A stretch of 64,000 nucleotides of DNA from Paragordius varius (Eukaryota > Animalia > Nematomorpha), in contig OZ176052.1 of NCBI GenBank assembly GCA_964247055.1, positions 11,532,001 through 11,596,000 of the forward strand, given 5' to 3'. The notes beneath the pieces were generated by a model that was given only the letters and a program-made list of their open reading frames with translations, was not told the DNA's origin and did no database searches. Shown one piece after another: positions 51,383 to 64,000 of this stretch. The position numbers were made by a program, and so were the translations under genes. Every line of letters starts with the position of its first letter. The first letter of the stretch is position 1.

Positions 51383-53533
51383 AGGGATATGGATGATTCC
51401 CTCTTTGTCAAGAGTGAAATCTAAAGAAGCTTACTACCCTGATGAAGTTTTACGATACTGAAATGAATTCTTTTTTAATAAAAGTTGAGTCACACATAAA
51501 ATTTCAGTTGTTTAGGGGAACAGTACGTATGCCACAGGAAAATCAAAGATAAGTACCATCATATACTAAATTATATTTTTAATAATATTTTAACCATATA
51601 TTCTTATAAATTTTATTTGGGTTATCGTCTCTTCGGTTAAATTATTGTTTTTTGTCGTTAACGTTTTATTTAATTTAAACTATTGTCGCTTATCAACAAC
51701 TCTAATCAAACCTTTGTTTTTTGCTGATATGTGTTTATTTTTGAGCATAAATTTAAGTTAATGATATTTTATCCCAGCCTGGTGGGATCTATATTTAACT
51801 GATTGCTTTATTCTAACCCGGCAATGTATGACATCGCCCAAGTATTTAAAATTATTTACCAATTCGATTTTGGCGTCTGCCGTATAAAAGTATTTTATTG
51901 ATTTCTTTCATACATTCCTATAAAAACAATATATCGATTTGCAGGTAGTTATATTACCATGACAAAGTACCCAATCGCAACAATTTGTATATCACATCAG
52001 CTAATAGATTAGCTTTTAATATGGACGACTGTGCAGAGAAATTTGGATATGCCATATCTTATCAAAAACGTTTAAATAAAATATAATACCATTAATAAAT
52101 GATTTCATCATAATATATTGAACTATATGCAAATCCTAATTATAATCAGTTATTAGAGTGAATATTTCGAATATATTTTGGTGTACAGATGTTAAGACAC
52201 GGATAATCTAATCTAGACCTTAAATAAAGTAAATTAGGTGTAGAAAAAATAAAATAATAATTTATTTATTCATATATATATATAATCGCAAATTAAATTT
52301 ATATTGTTTCGATAGGTTTTTTCGAAGGGTTTTCTAAAAATACCGTTTTGAGAGATGCAATTTTTTGATTAGGGATATCACCTCAGTGCCACTTAATTTA
52401 TAAGTGTCCTTTATATCTTGATGATAAAATTCCAAATCAGTATCATCCATCATATCAAATAAATCGATATGAATGGTTGGAGATGAAGGTACGGGAAGGT
52501 CAATGGAATGATAAACAGGACGAATTGCACAGGAAAAGTTTGGATATTCGATAGGTTTTTTGTTTTTTTTGGCAATGTTAATAAGAAATGGTTTTGGAAC
52601 TGCACAAAAGTAACATTCAGAATGAGATTTCGGCTCTCGCCATATCATAGGGATACCCCAAGGGAGTCCAGGTCCGGTTTTGTGGTACCATGCTCCTAAA
52701 CTAATGCTACATGTCCGAGATACGGTGTTCGGGGCCCAAATCTAGGTTCCCCATAATATAAAAAAATAGTTTTTTATGTAAGTGGTAATGTTTATACTAT
52801 TAGTCTTTTTGTGTATTGTCCACATATATGGCAAACAATATTTTTATCCATCCTAAAATTATAAATATATATATACCTGGGTATTAATTATATTTTTTGT
52901 ACATTTTGGGTATATAATAATATTTCTTGATGAAAAAACTGATATGGAGTATATTTAAGTGTGGGAAATATTTAAAAATATCATATGAAATAAAGAATAT
53001 ATTATATGCAGCTGAGTAAAATTTAGCTTTTTTTGCATAAAAAAACAGCAAAAAAGATGTAAAAATTAAATTAAATTTATTTTTTAAAATAAAAGTCCAC
53101 AAAGTTATTACAAAGTGATATTTATACTTAAACATCATTAACATCCAAGAACATATAATAAAGTTTGTTTTGATTTAATAAATTGATATATTTGTGTGAA
53201 AAAATATTAAATTACCCAATTTTTGAGGGTTTTTGCCCCCTAAAACATAAAGAATTGGATATTTTGAGTAAATTTTTTTTTCTTTTGAACATAAATTGGT
53301 AATTTCTTGTAAAAATACTTATGTAAGCCACATATTATTGTTTACATAGCGAAAAATATTTAAAAATAAGAAAATTTTGGATATGTCCAAATATGGAAAA
53401 AGTCCCATATCTCGAAAACGAGCTGGGTAAGTGAAAAAATTTTTACGCAAATCTGATCACAATACTATAAAGAATCAGAAAATATTTAGAAAATCGAGTC
53501 CAGAAAATTGACCCCATATTTTGTTGCACAGTG
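50608..53533 (-). mobile_element. Chapaev3-like (CMC) DNA transposon derivative with about 570-bp terminal inverted repeats
   Basis: CACTGTG...CACAGTG termini with TAA on both flanks. 50608-about 51170 is the reverse complement of about 52950-53533. Internal remnant WAP...LGAWY...GIPMIWREPKSHSECYFC...YPNFSCAIRPVYHSIDLPVP (about 52334-52730). Confidence 0.8.
51341..51379. repeat. (TA)n microsatellite
   Basis: About 19 TA units. Similar tracts at 19914-19938 and 61883-61914. Confidence 0.9.
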
Positions 53534-56097
53534 TAATGATAAGTTGATGTGTTAAACCACTAACTTTTATTTTGCATTTACAGTGTAAGAAATATCGCAA
53601 TAACTTTCGATAAATGAATGTAACTGGATTCTTATTGGCCCTTTCGGTTTTGGTATTTACGAGCCAATTAAGAAATAACATAATTTTTTTGATGAGACTA
53701 GATGCCTTCCAAAAGTAATTATTAAAGTATACTGCAATAACATTTTATTAAAACTAAAACAATCTAATTTTAGATGGGGCCTCAAAAACAATTAATTTTT
53801 TGCCCTCTAATGGGTTACTTTTATAATAGACATTTAAATGCCAAAATTTACAATAAAATTTTTTAGATATGAAAATTTTATATGAAAAAATTAATGATAA
53901 ATATGCATATGTAGCTTTTTATTACATATATATAATTTGGTGGACATAATGATAATGCTGTTTGCTCTGTTCAGCCATTGATTCCCCAAACTTTATGTTG
54001 GTCGCGTTTTTGTACTATGTACGGAATTTTTGAATATTATTAAATATTAAAAAATTTATAACATTGAATAATTAATTATAAATGTATTTCCAAAAAAATA
54101 ATTTATAATGATGCTGGTATTTATATAAAATTTGTGAGAACTATAATAGATTTGTCTAAGTTATCTGCCATCAACTTTTCTATAAGGGCAGTTTTTTATT
54201 TATGCTTAAGATTATACATATGCATAAAATATAAATTTGATTGTATATAAAATTAGAAAGGCAAATGTCCCTAAAATGTTGATATATCAACATATCGCCA
54301 CGTTGAACTTTGTATTTTCCTTATGAATAATGATAATATAATTTTAAAAGTCTATTTGAACAAATTAAATTATATATGATAACTGTTATTAAATCCTAAA
54401 TAAATTGGATCAATTACCGTAAAAACGGTTTAATTGATATAAGGGGTGGGGTGACATAATTATGTTTAATCTTACGCAAGTCGCTTGTGCAAGTTAAGAT
54501 TACGCTTAAAAAATCTTTCTTACGTTGGATGATATTAATTTCACTTAACTTGACTATCTTATCTTATCTTATAAGCAAAACTAATCAGATTTTTCAACTC
54601 GGTACAGCTGAGAGAATTTTTTGTAATGCTACTAAAATTGTTCGAACATTGCTATTTCTTGCATAAATTAAGTTAGATTCTAAAAGTAATAGTAATATTA
54701 ACAAACAAACGTATATTTTAATTCAAAATTTAGCGTACGTATGTTTATCAAACACATAATCGGTCGGATTTAGGGCGGAGAAGGAGAGCGCAACACATTT
54801 GTGTCCTTAATACCTTATAGCTATTTTTTCATAATTTTTTTTGAATATTATCGGGCAATTCAGATGGTTGGATTTTTGATATTGTAAAAATATATTTCTT
54901 AGGTTCGATATTGGCGATATTAATTGGGCAAACTTTAGGCTTAATTTATTAACCAAGTACAACTGCCGGATATCGGAACAGATATATCATTGATGCACAA
55001 AACGTTAAAAGTAAAGAGTCAAAACTTCATTGGGTGCTAAGGTTTAGTGTGTTGACACTTTTTATCCCTTATATTTGATCTTTTTAGCAAAAAAGTATGA
55101 TTTTTTAGCGATTTGGCTTATTTTGTGTTTTATGCGCGACATGTCTAATAAATAAAATTAAATATGAATTTTCTAAGCAAAAGATTTTTGTTTTATGCTG
55201 ACCAATAATAATTGAGACTATATCTGAATTAAAATATGACTTTGTAGTTCCCCTAATATTTACACAAAGTAAATTAAAAGGGATTAATTAATTCACATGA
55301 ATTATACATAACCTCATATTTTATATTGGCAATTATTTTTTAATAAATTTTAAAACAATAGCTTCTTGAGTAAGTTTAGAATTATCCCAGTATGAAATTT
55401 TGTTTAGGCAAATCTAGAAAATTAGAATTAATATTAAATTCTTACTGCTTAATTGGATAATTAAAATAATTATGTTATTTATTTGCAATGTATCGTATAT
55501 ACTCGACACATTATGAATGTTAATAAGTATGTTAAATATGATTAATTTTGTGAAGTATTTTATATAAGTGATACAAACCTCTGCCAACGGCTTGCATGCG
55601 GCCCTAAAGGTATTTTTTATGGCCCTAAATTATTTATTTAATTTTTTCATATACATATGAGTAAAATATCTGCAAATGTATCAAACATATCTGTCCGGGG
55701 TGTCCAACACGCTTTGTTCGATATGCAAAAGTGCTTGAAAACATGTTAAAAAATAAAAAATTGAATTTCGATCACACGGTTATTTGGAAGATAAATCATC
55801 CAAAATTTATAATAAATACAAATACAAAAATTACCGAAGCACTCCGTGAAGATATCTGTGTTGGACACTCTTAATCTGTTATTATGGCGCACGGCCATTG
55901 AGACAAGATAACTCGCGGTCTTTATTATTTTTTTGGTGAGCACTCAATATATAAATCTAATTGATAATTAATTCATTATTTTAATTTGGCATTTATTAAT
56001 TTGCCACTGCATTATAATCATTATATTAATTTTTATTTTTAGAATAAACAACTAATAGGTGTACAAATTATTTTTTTTATCCCATCCTGGTGCCTAT

Positions 56098-57039
56098 TCA
56101 TTTAGCAAGGAATGAGCCATTATTAACATTTCTTGGTACTGAGGTGGGTTCTGCATTACAACAATTCCAACAATTTGTCTCGTTATTTCCTTGCGTTGCT
56201 GCATTCGGGGCGGGTGGACGGTGACGTGGTACTTGAGCAAATCTTGGGTTATTGATGTTTGGGGGTGGTATTGGTGCAAAGTTTGGCGGTAACGGCATTG
56301 GCGGCTTCAAAGGTCTTGGCGGCGGTGGTGGTTTAAATCCAGTAGCTGGGGAAAAAGCGGGAACTTCAATATTGATGTTTGGCGGTGGTATTGGTGCAAA
56401 GTTTGGCGGTAACGGCATTGGTGGTTTCAAAGGTCTTGACGGCGGTGGTGGTTTAAATCCAGTAGCTGGGGAAAAAGTGGGAACTTCAAATCTTGGGTTG
56501 TTGATGTTTGGGGGTGGTATTGGTGCAAAGTTTGGCGGTAACGGCATTGGCGGCTTCAAAGGTCTTGACGGCGGTGGTGGTTTAAATCCAGTAGCTGGGG
56601 AAAAAGCGGGAACTTCAAATCTTGGGTTATTGATGTTTGGCGGTAACGGCATTGGCGGTTTAGTAGGTCTTGAAGGTGGTGGCGGGTTTGTAAATCCTGT
56701 AGATGGAGAAAAGGCGGGAACCTCAAATCTGGGTGGCGGTCTAAACATCATGACTTGTCGAGGGAGGAGGAATGGCGGTGTTGTAATTGGTGTGGCGGAA
56801 ACGGACGATGTATTAGTCATTGAACCTTGTCGAGGGGGTCTCAGAGGTGGTGTTGGACTAATTGTTATGGATGAATCTGAGAAATCACTTGAACTTTCAT
56901 TCACAACCGCTATTGGCTTTATTTTTTCTTTATTGAAATTTTGATAAGGGGTTGGAGCAGATTTTTTTCTAGCCCTTGCAACTACTTGAGATTTTTCATC
57001 TTTTACGCTTTTTTGTTTTTGCTTTTCACTTTCATTCAT
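56098..57039 (-). CDS. orphan proline-rich protein or exon with 40-43 aa tandem repeats
   Basis: 313-codon open frame (open a further 100 nt or so upstream) in AT-rich DNA. All repeat length variants are multiples of 3. No recognisable domain. Confidence 0.7.
   Translation of the reverse strand: MNESEKQKQKSVKDEKSQVVARARKKSAPTPYQNFNKEKIKPIAVVNESSSDFSDSSITISPTPPLRPPRQGSMTNTSSVSATPITTPPFLLPRQVMMFRPPPRFEVPAFSPSTGFTNPPPPSRPTKPPMPLPPNINNPRFEVPAFSPATGFKPPPPSRPLKPPMPLPPNFAPIPPPNINNPRFEVPTFSPATGFKPPPPSRPLKPPMPLPPNFAPIPPPNINIEVPAFSPATGFKPPPPPRPLKPPMPLPPNFAPIPPPNINNPRFAQVPRHRPPAPNAATQGNNETNCWNCCNAEPTSVPRNVNNGSFLAK
56243..56735 (-). repeat. coding minisatellite, about 4 units of 120-129 bp
   Basis: TTGATGTTTGG recurs at 56252, 56372, 56501 and 56630 (periods 120, 129, 129). 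Unit PRFEVPAFSPATGFKPPPPSRPLKPPMPLPPNFAPIPPPNINN. Confidence 0.92.
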
Positions 57040-57421
57040 GTGTTTATCCTTTGCATCAGCGGTCTTGGATTGCTTTCGTTCTTTAAAAATAGTAATGTTT
57101 AAAGGATTATTATCAATACGATATTCATAGAATATAAATTTATACTTTTATCCATTTATTCATAATTTTTTAAGAAAAATTTAATTCTTGAAAATAAACC
57201 CATATATCTACATTAAAACTGTTAGGGACACAATAATTATGTTTTATTTTTTCTCTAAAAGCAAAGTTTCATTATAAATGATATTTCATCATTTTGGATA
57301 ATATAAAAATTGAGAGTACGCATTATATTTATGAAACTTATTAAAAATTAGGCTTAATTTTTATTAAACATCATTTTGGATGTTTCCTAAACAAAAACAA
57401 TTTTGATGAAATGATGTATTA

Positions 57422-58366
57422 TTATATTTTATGTATGTAACTTTTATTTTTGGGTTTGGAAGTGAGATCAGAGAGAGAATCCACACTTAGTCCGGTATAT
57501 TTTTTCAGTAACCGCTTGGCGATTTGTTTTTCAATATTGCGTTCTCTACACCGTTCATAATTAAATGTCTCATATATGGATTGCAAGTTTTGCGAAACTT
57601 GTCGAGAATATTCCGTAAGCTGTTGGCAAATTTGGGCTTCTTGGCGTAAAACCTCCTCAAAATTAAGCGACGTCAATTTATTTTTTCTATTTTGTGTAGA
57701 TATGGCGGTTCCTTGTAATATACATGGGCCAGATTTTGTCTGTTGCCAAAGCTCAAATGGATTAGGTCTGTAGATTGTCCAACTGTCATTTGGTTTATAC
57801 GATATAATTGGCGGTTTCTCCTCCTTTTGTTCGTCTGCGCATTCTTCATCTTCATTTCCATTTTCGTACGGATCTTTGTTAGGTGCATTTGTTAACACAT
57901 TATTGACATACTGTACATAATTATCTAGCAACATACTTAGAAATGTTTGATTGGTAAGATAAGGGATTGTTTGTTGCATCTTTGTAATTGCCGGGGTAGA
58001 CAATAAACTTGAATCCAAACCGTTTTCCGTTCTTGTATCGTTGAAGGCAGGATTATTGGTAGATGGCGATCCAGTTACGGCACCACTTATAGAATTTAAA
58101 AAATTTACCATGTTAGCATTTGTTTCAATCGTTTTAGATGGGGCATTGTTAACTGAATCAATTACATTTTGATAATTGTTAGCTGGAGACAAATTGGGTG
58201 CGGTTGAGTGTTGATTAAACGTATTCATTGTATTCTGAAAAGGGGATGAAACATTTTGTGGTGTTGAGAATTGAAGATTTGAATTCTTTTTATCTGATAA
58301 AAGTGGTAATGAACAAGTACTACCTTGTTTAAAAGGTTCATTGCAAGTTTTACAACTTAAACTCAT
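57422..58366 (-). CDS. orphan 314-aa protein or exon (CxxC N-terminus, N/S/T/Q-rich middle, predicted coiled-coil C-terminus)
   Basis: A 945-nt ATG-initiated ORF is unlikely by chance at this AT content. No family recognised. It may splice to the Pro-rich ORF. Confidence 0.65.
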   Translation of the reverse strand: MSLSCKTCNEPFKQGSTCSLPLLSDKKNSNLQFSTPQNVSSPFQNTMNTFNQHSTAPNLSPANNYQNVIDSVNNAPSKTIETNANMVNFLNSISGAVTGSPSTNNPAFNDTRTENGLDSSLLSTPAITKMQQTIPYLTNQTFLSMLLDNYVQYVNNVLTNAPNKDPYENGNEDEECADEQKEEKPPIISYKPNDSWTIYRPNPFELWQQTKSGPCILQGTAISTQNRKNKLTSLNFEEVLRQEAQICQQLTEYSRQVSQNLQSIYETFNYERCRERNIEKQIAKRLLKKYTGLSVDSLSDLTSKPKNKSYIHKI

Positions 58367-60213
58367 TATTGATTAATTAGATTTTTGTACTAACGTAACA
58401 TCGAAAAACATCATTACAAAAATATACATTACTGAATAATATTTTAATATGACGATGTCTTTGATTGTTAAAAGCAAACGTAAAAATGATGCAATAGGCA
58501 AATCAATAAAATATTTTGAAAAAAATGCATAATTTGGTTAAAAGCGTGTTATAGCAGGGTAAAACCCTAAAAATGATATTACACTTAAAATAATTCAATA
58601 ACATCTAAACTCAGGGATATAAAAAATATCCTGATGAAATATATGTTTTCTAATAAGATAAAAGATAGTGCTTTTAGTTATTTAGCCCTTAGGATTTATC
58701 GAAAAAGTTATTTAAACTTTTGTGGTAACTGTTTCATACTAGAAAATGGAAAATTTGCGCACCGTGTTGTTAAAAATCTCTTTAAGTTAAGAGCTTCATT
58801 CCAAAAATTATCACTAATATTTAACTATTAAAAAGCAAAACATATTTTAAAATTTGAATTTTTAGATATAAACGCCAAAGTACTAAATTGCCCTCTAAAA
58901 AAGAAAAGTTCTCTTAAATAACGTAAAAATGGCTAAATTGCACAGTAAAAATTTTAATTATATGTTATATTTGGACATTAACACATCGTGACTTTTCACT
59001 TTTTCGTCTGCGATGACGTATTGGGGTAGTTTTATATCCCAGAGCTAAATCTTGTAAAAAAACCATTGTTTTTATAATTATTGAAGTTAACAAACATTTA
59101 TAACCTATATTAAATAAATAACTTTATTTTTACAGTTTTATAATTTCCATCTAAAATTAAGACTCTTCCAAAATATGATTCAACGAAACGGCTGATTAAA
59201 TCAAATTATCGAGTTCTTTCTGATAAAATGGAAATAAGCTTATTTAATTAATTTATTTACATTTGACTCTAAAATACATTTATATGCGTATTGTATTAGC
59301 GATTTAACAAATATGAAGAAAAAATTGGCGGCATTGAGATTGAGGATTTTTTACAATTTTACATTTTTCTAAAAAAATGTATGCGCCTAAAAGGCTAAAA
59401 AAGCATGTTTTTAAATACGGTCTAATATCATACTTTCAGATATTCAATTTAAAATCGCTATGAGATATATTATTACCCTAAAGGTCATGAACTGTTAAAA
59501 AAAAATTCCGAAAAAATGGGTATATTAAAAAATAGCAAAAATATTTTGAAGCGTATTTCATACTGTTTTGAGGCATGATGGAAACGGTATATATTTTCCG
59601 TCTAATTAGATTTTTAACATTTCCTCAGAATTAATTTTGGTTCTAAATGGGTGGATTTTTGTATAAAAAAAATTTAAATTAACATAAATTTCAAGAAAAA
59701 CGAATATATCAAACAAAATTCTGATGCGATAAAAATGTTCAGCATCGTCAAATTATATTTAAAAGAATAATATTAATCGTTTTTAACAATATTAAAATGT
59801 ACACTCTAACAAATTTTAATGATTATTATTAATTTTTAACAAAAAACCCATTTCAAAAAAACTTTATTTGATGGTGTAATTTAGCATATATTTAAAATTT
59901 TATCGCGCTATCTCGCATTTCTTTTATTTTAATAGAGCTCAAAATCGGAACTCACATCCAAAATTTTTAATATTGTTTTGCATTAATTTAAATATATTTG
60001 TTGGAATGAAGCATTTTAAGTATCTAAAAAAATGTGCGCAAATTTTGCCATTTTTTGATATGGAGCATTTACTACAAAAGTGTAAATGACTGTCTTATAT
60101 CATGAGGTAAAAATCAAAAGCGCTATGATAATCCTAATATATTTTCCTATTTTTTTGTGGAGACTCTTCTATGACACGATTTTTTTTATAGAATACCTTT
60201 ATTTTATTAATAA

Positions 60214-61634
60214 CACTGCTCAACAAGGTTTTCAAGAGCCCATTTTTTGCATTTTCTGTTACCTATTGACATGGAAAGGCCAAAACAAAAAAATTTAAGG
60301 CCACCAATATTTTATTTTAGTTTTAAATTTGTATATTCGTGTACATATATTTAAAAATTTAAACGAGCAAGTCGTTACAAGTGGTATTCCAAAGCCATTT
60401 TATTATATAATTTTAAACGAAAATGCAAAAATGATCCATATATACCAGCCGCAGTATACGATACCACAGAAGATTTATTTATTACATAGACTCTACAGAA
60501 AATGTTATTGATGATCCATATAATAAATTATAAAAATGCCGTCGATCTTTATATTATAATATAAACTGATCTAAATCGCTGCTGAAGGTTTGTTACCTCT
60601 TTTTCACGAGAAATACGTCTTATCGAGCGGACTTGTTATTCGACATAGAAATGGACAATATACAATAAATAATTTCCAGTATTGAATATATTAATTAAAA
60701 TGCTATCTATAAAATAAAAGAGAATACGAAACTTTAAGAGTATAGATTTTTAATAAATTGCTAAGAACCAAAGAGTATTAAAAATCAAAGATATAAAAAA
60801 TCTAAAAGAACTAATGTATGGTGTGGTGTTATACAACAGGGCGGCTTACACGCTCTACAAATACGCCCCAAGCGATAATATTATTATGCCAAATATAAAT
60901 ACAACGAGATAACCCGGTAGGAGAGAAGACCTGCAGATAAAATGACATAATTATATTCAGCAAAATCCAGGGAAATTGACATGTCAAATTAACCAATTTA
61001 CAGAATAGTGTTAGGCAAATTTGCCCATTAAATCGGATATAAGAAGATTTGATATTCAAGTGTATTGTAGTTCATAAAATTATGGTAGTATCTCTAGTTA
61101 ATAGAAGCATCTGCCCAACATCCATCTGAAATTCAAATTATACCGCATACAATCATTTTCAAAATAAACAATATCCACTAGGTATAAATAACAGGATTTT
61201 GGTAAACCGAAGAAAAACCCTAATAAATAATGGAACAATCAAAACTAACAAAAATATAGCCTATCCGAAAGCCGAAGGTTTACACTACAAAATGTCTCTT
61301 TTATTATTTTTTTTAATATTAATTTATACCTGTTTGAAATTAGCTTTAAAAATATTAAATTTTAACGTTTATACCCGGACTATTTTTTTTCTTCCTTATA
61401 TTTAAATGACATATTTATATTTAAAAGATAGAGTTTAAAACGCTTTATTAAATGATCCAATTTATAATATAATAAATTTTTATTATATATATTTTCTGTC
61501 TATTTTCTCTTGTTTTCAAAAATTTGAAAAACCTTAAACTTTTTTACAGATTCGGTTTTAGAACACTAAAATCAGTCAAAATTTAAAAATATGAGTGGTG
61601 GTGCCCGAAAAAAGTATATATTTGTCGACTAGTG
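60214..61634. mobile_element. CACT-terminated non-autonomous DNA element, second copy
   Basis: Imperfect TIRs CACTGCTCAACAA / TTGTCGACTAGTG with TAA on both flanks. Colinear with 27332-28816. Confidence 0.75.
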
Positions 61635-61876
61635 TAATCATCTTAAATTAAACATAATCTTTGATCATGTTATTGAGAAAAGCCTACTGGAATTCCTATT
61701 GTTTTTTTTGTTAAAATTCCATGTATTTAAACTAGTAACACTTAACAGCTAAATAATATAACAAACCTTCTCTTATCATGCAAAACTCAAACAAATAAAA
61801 ATATCCTTTAAAAAGCAGGGTTATGCACTGTAATTTTTTTCCTTTTTATCTGATAACACCAATTATAGGCAAATTA

Positions 61877-61916
<40 letters not shown>

Positions 61917-64000
61917 TAATAAATTTTAAAAGATTAATACTTATAGAGATCCCCGTATTCTGACTATTGTTTCACCAATCGTACTAAGTGGTGTACCCCG
62001 TTTGTCATTATCCACTAAATAATTTATAGATATTATGAACAATTATCAATATTTAAATTTGGTACATTCTTGGAACCGTATTATTTTATTTTTTAGTTTA
62101 AAATCAGAATAATCCGATGCTATCTAATCATGTAGAAGTTTTAGATTTCGAGGGTGTTATAAAGAATGTGTTAAATTTACACTGAGAAAACAAGAATAAT
62201 GGTAGATTTTTTATTTTATAGGTTAACGAACTTTGCAATTTGTCTTAGTACATAAAAAAATAAATATTATTCCTGTATTCACTTAAGCCTGAAAATGTTA
62301 GTCTTTTCAAACCAATCTTATATTTGTTTTGTATTATCATTCCTGTTATAACTCATTTGTTTCAAAATAATAAATCGGTTATAATGTTTCATTCATTTTG
62401 GGTTTATACTTCGAAGAAATTTTGGTCATACAAATTGATCGAATTCAAGTTTCACCAGTAAATAAAAACAATCTGGTCTTAATTCATTGATTGATATATT
62501 AATTCATTAACTACCAGGCCCAAGAACTTGGCCTGTTCTGGTTGCTTTTATGTCCCATACTTTCTCCATATTTACTTTTATCTGACGATAGAAAATTATT
62601 ATCTAAAATCAATTCAACAAGAAGTTTTATAGGCAAAGAAAATATAAACCACCATAACCTAAAGAAATTTTAAAAAAATGGCACTATTATACCGTAACAC
62701 ATTCCAACTTAATATTTTCCATGTTAAACCGAATTTTTATTATTGCGCAAAAAAGGACATATAATTTTAATTGGCCCAGTATAAATATTTTTATAAATTA
62801 ATAACAAATAATAGTTGATAGTTTGTGAAAGCATGTTAATATTGGAAGGAGATATTATTGCAATGCTTTAAGATTTAAAATATATTTAAAATATGTATTG
62901 TCTTCGAAAATGTATTTGCCAACTTTTCAAAATTTACCGTATCGTTAGATAATTTAGTTGGACTACATCCAATAATAAATATTTTTGGAAAAAATTGAAG
63001 GATACAATTCTTGTTTTAGATGATGTTAAAATAGTTCGGACTAATGTAAACCTTTGTTAAATATCAAAAATCTGTGTCTTTACCAGTTCAAGGGAGTCAC
63101 AAATTTTTGTTAATATGTTTTGTTGGTGATGATACCGTTGAACTTGGTATATTTTGCGATAGTTTTACCATATTTATGTGTATTTTATTGCAGTAGCAGA
63201 ACCCATTTAATATACAAAATAAGTTGATCCACTTATTTAAAACAATATCTACATGTCATTCGATACGCATAAAACTGTTATTGATCCCAACAAAGTTCTT
63301 CCCGGAGAACATGAGTGATTGTTTACTCTGATAATAAGCTTTTGGTGAGGGTTCATTGCATATTTTGCCAGAAGTTCTGAAGAATGATTGACGTCCCTCT
63401 GCCCTAAGGAGCGTAAAAGCGTAGGAAGACGGTACGGGTCGTCCTGTGCGGACAGTGGCGGTAAGGAGCAAGCCTGTCACACACTTTTCTGTATACCTGG
63501 ATTAACTTGATCAAACTATAATGATAGTTGTATTCTAGCAGAAGGCTAAACGATTGTTAAGAGATATGTTACATGAACAGAACAATGTGGGAAGACAGGA
63601 GCCAAACCCCGGCAAGTGGGCAACAAATTTGAACCTTTCCCACAAGCCACAAAATTATTATAATCAAAATTGACAAAATTAAATCTGACGCTGATATTGA
63701 TTGATAATGCTGTTATATAAATTTTTTATTACTAAATATTTGTAAATTTTCGGAAAATTATCTAGATGTCCATTAACTCTTTTCCCATTTGAAATATTGT
63801 AAAATAAATTTTTATTTTCTATAATAATATTTTAATATATCATTTAGTTACATTTGAATACATTTAGTTTGGCAAAGCCGCTTTTACAGATTAGTTTCTG
63901 TAATCAACTGTAATATAACATTTTTTCAAAATATACTTTAAATCTATATTTTGGTGTATATATTAAGCCTTTTAATTTGTTACCGATTTTATTCTTAAAA

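Larger units (their letters stand above)
30212..54180. repeat. Tandem segmental duplication, copy B (expanded by at least 15 kb of TE insertions)
   Basis: Same order of homologous blocks as 17204-28854, including the paralogous LRR gene. Confidence 0.88.

Noticed and set aside
56252-56944. 230-aa Gly-rich plus-strand ORF
   Set aside because: Exact antisense of the Pro-rich repeat ORF. The minus frame is longer and extends into unique sequence on both sides.
63330-63485. SRP (7SL) RNA resemblance (CCAGAAGTTCTG, CCTAAGGAG, GCCTGT)
   Set aside because: Spacing leaves no room for helix 6, and the conserved helix-8 GNAR tetraloop/AGCAG motif is absent.
63255-63549. Plus frame interrupted only by TGA codons (selenoprotein or recoding?)
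   Set aside because: The TGAs are the complement of TCA Ser codons in the in-register minus ORF. Genes in the window use TGG for Trp, and no SECIS was seen.

Overview
AT-rich, intron-containing, transposon-dense eukaryotic DNA that looks metazoan. There are no prokaryotic features, CRISPR arrays, rRNA or tRNA genes. Spliced gene models built by hand: the 5' end of VPS13 (minus strand, 10 exons, continuing past the window start), NAF1 (minus, 6 exons), two CYSTM-type Pro/Gln-rich Cys-tailed paralogs flanking NAF1 (plus, 3 exons each), two about 92% identical LRR + LRRCT + TM receptors without a TIR domain (minus, 2 exons each), and two orphan ORFs near 56-58 kb. The LRR genes lie in a direct tandem duplication (about 17.2-28.9 kb versus 30.2-54.2 kb) whose copies carry different hAT, Helitron-like, Gypsy, RTE and Chapaev3-like insertions. 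The most striking signal is a class of ultra-short GT-AG introns (22, 25, 25 nt in VPS13; 25, 25 nt in NAF1; 32 nt in one CYSTM gene). They sit at the 5' ends of genes whose later introns are 67-800 nt, and the VPS13 ones are supported by protein alignment. All alignments were done by eye against remembered reference proteins; no database search was run.
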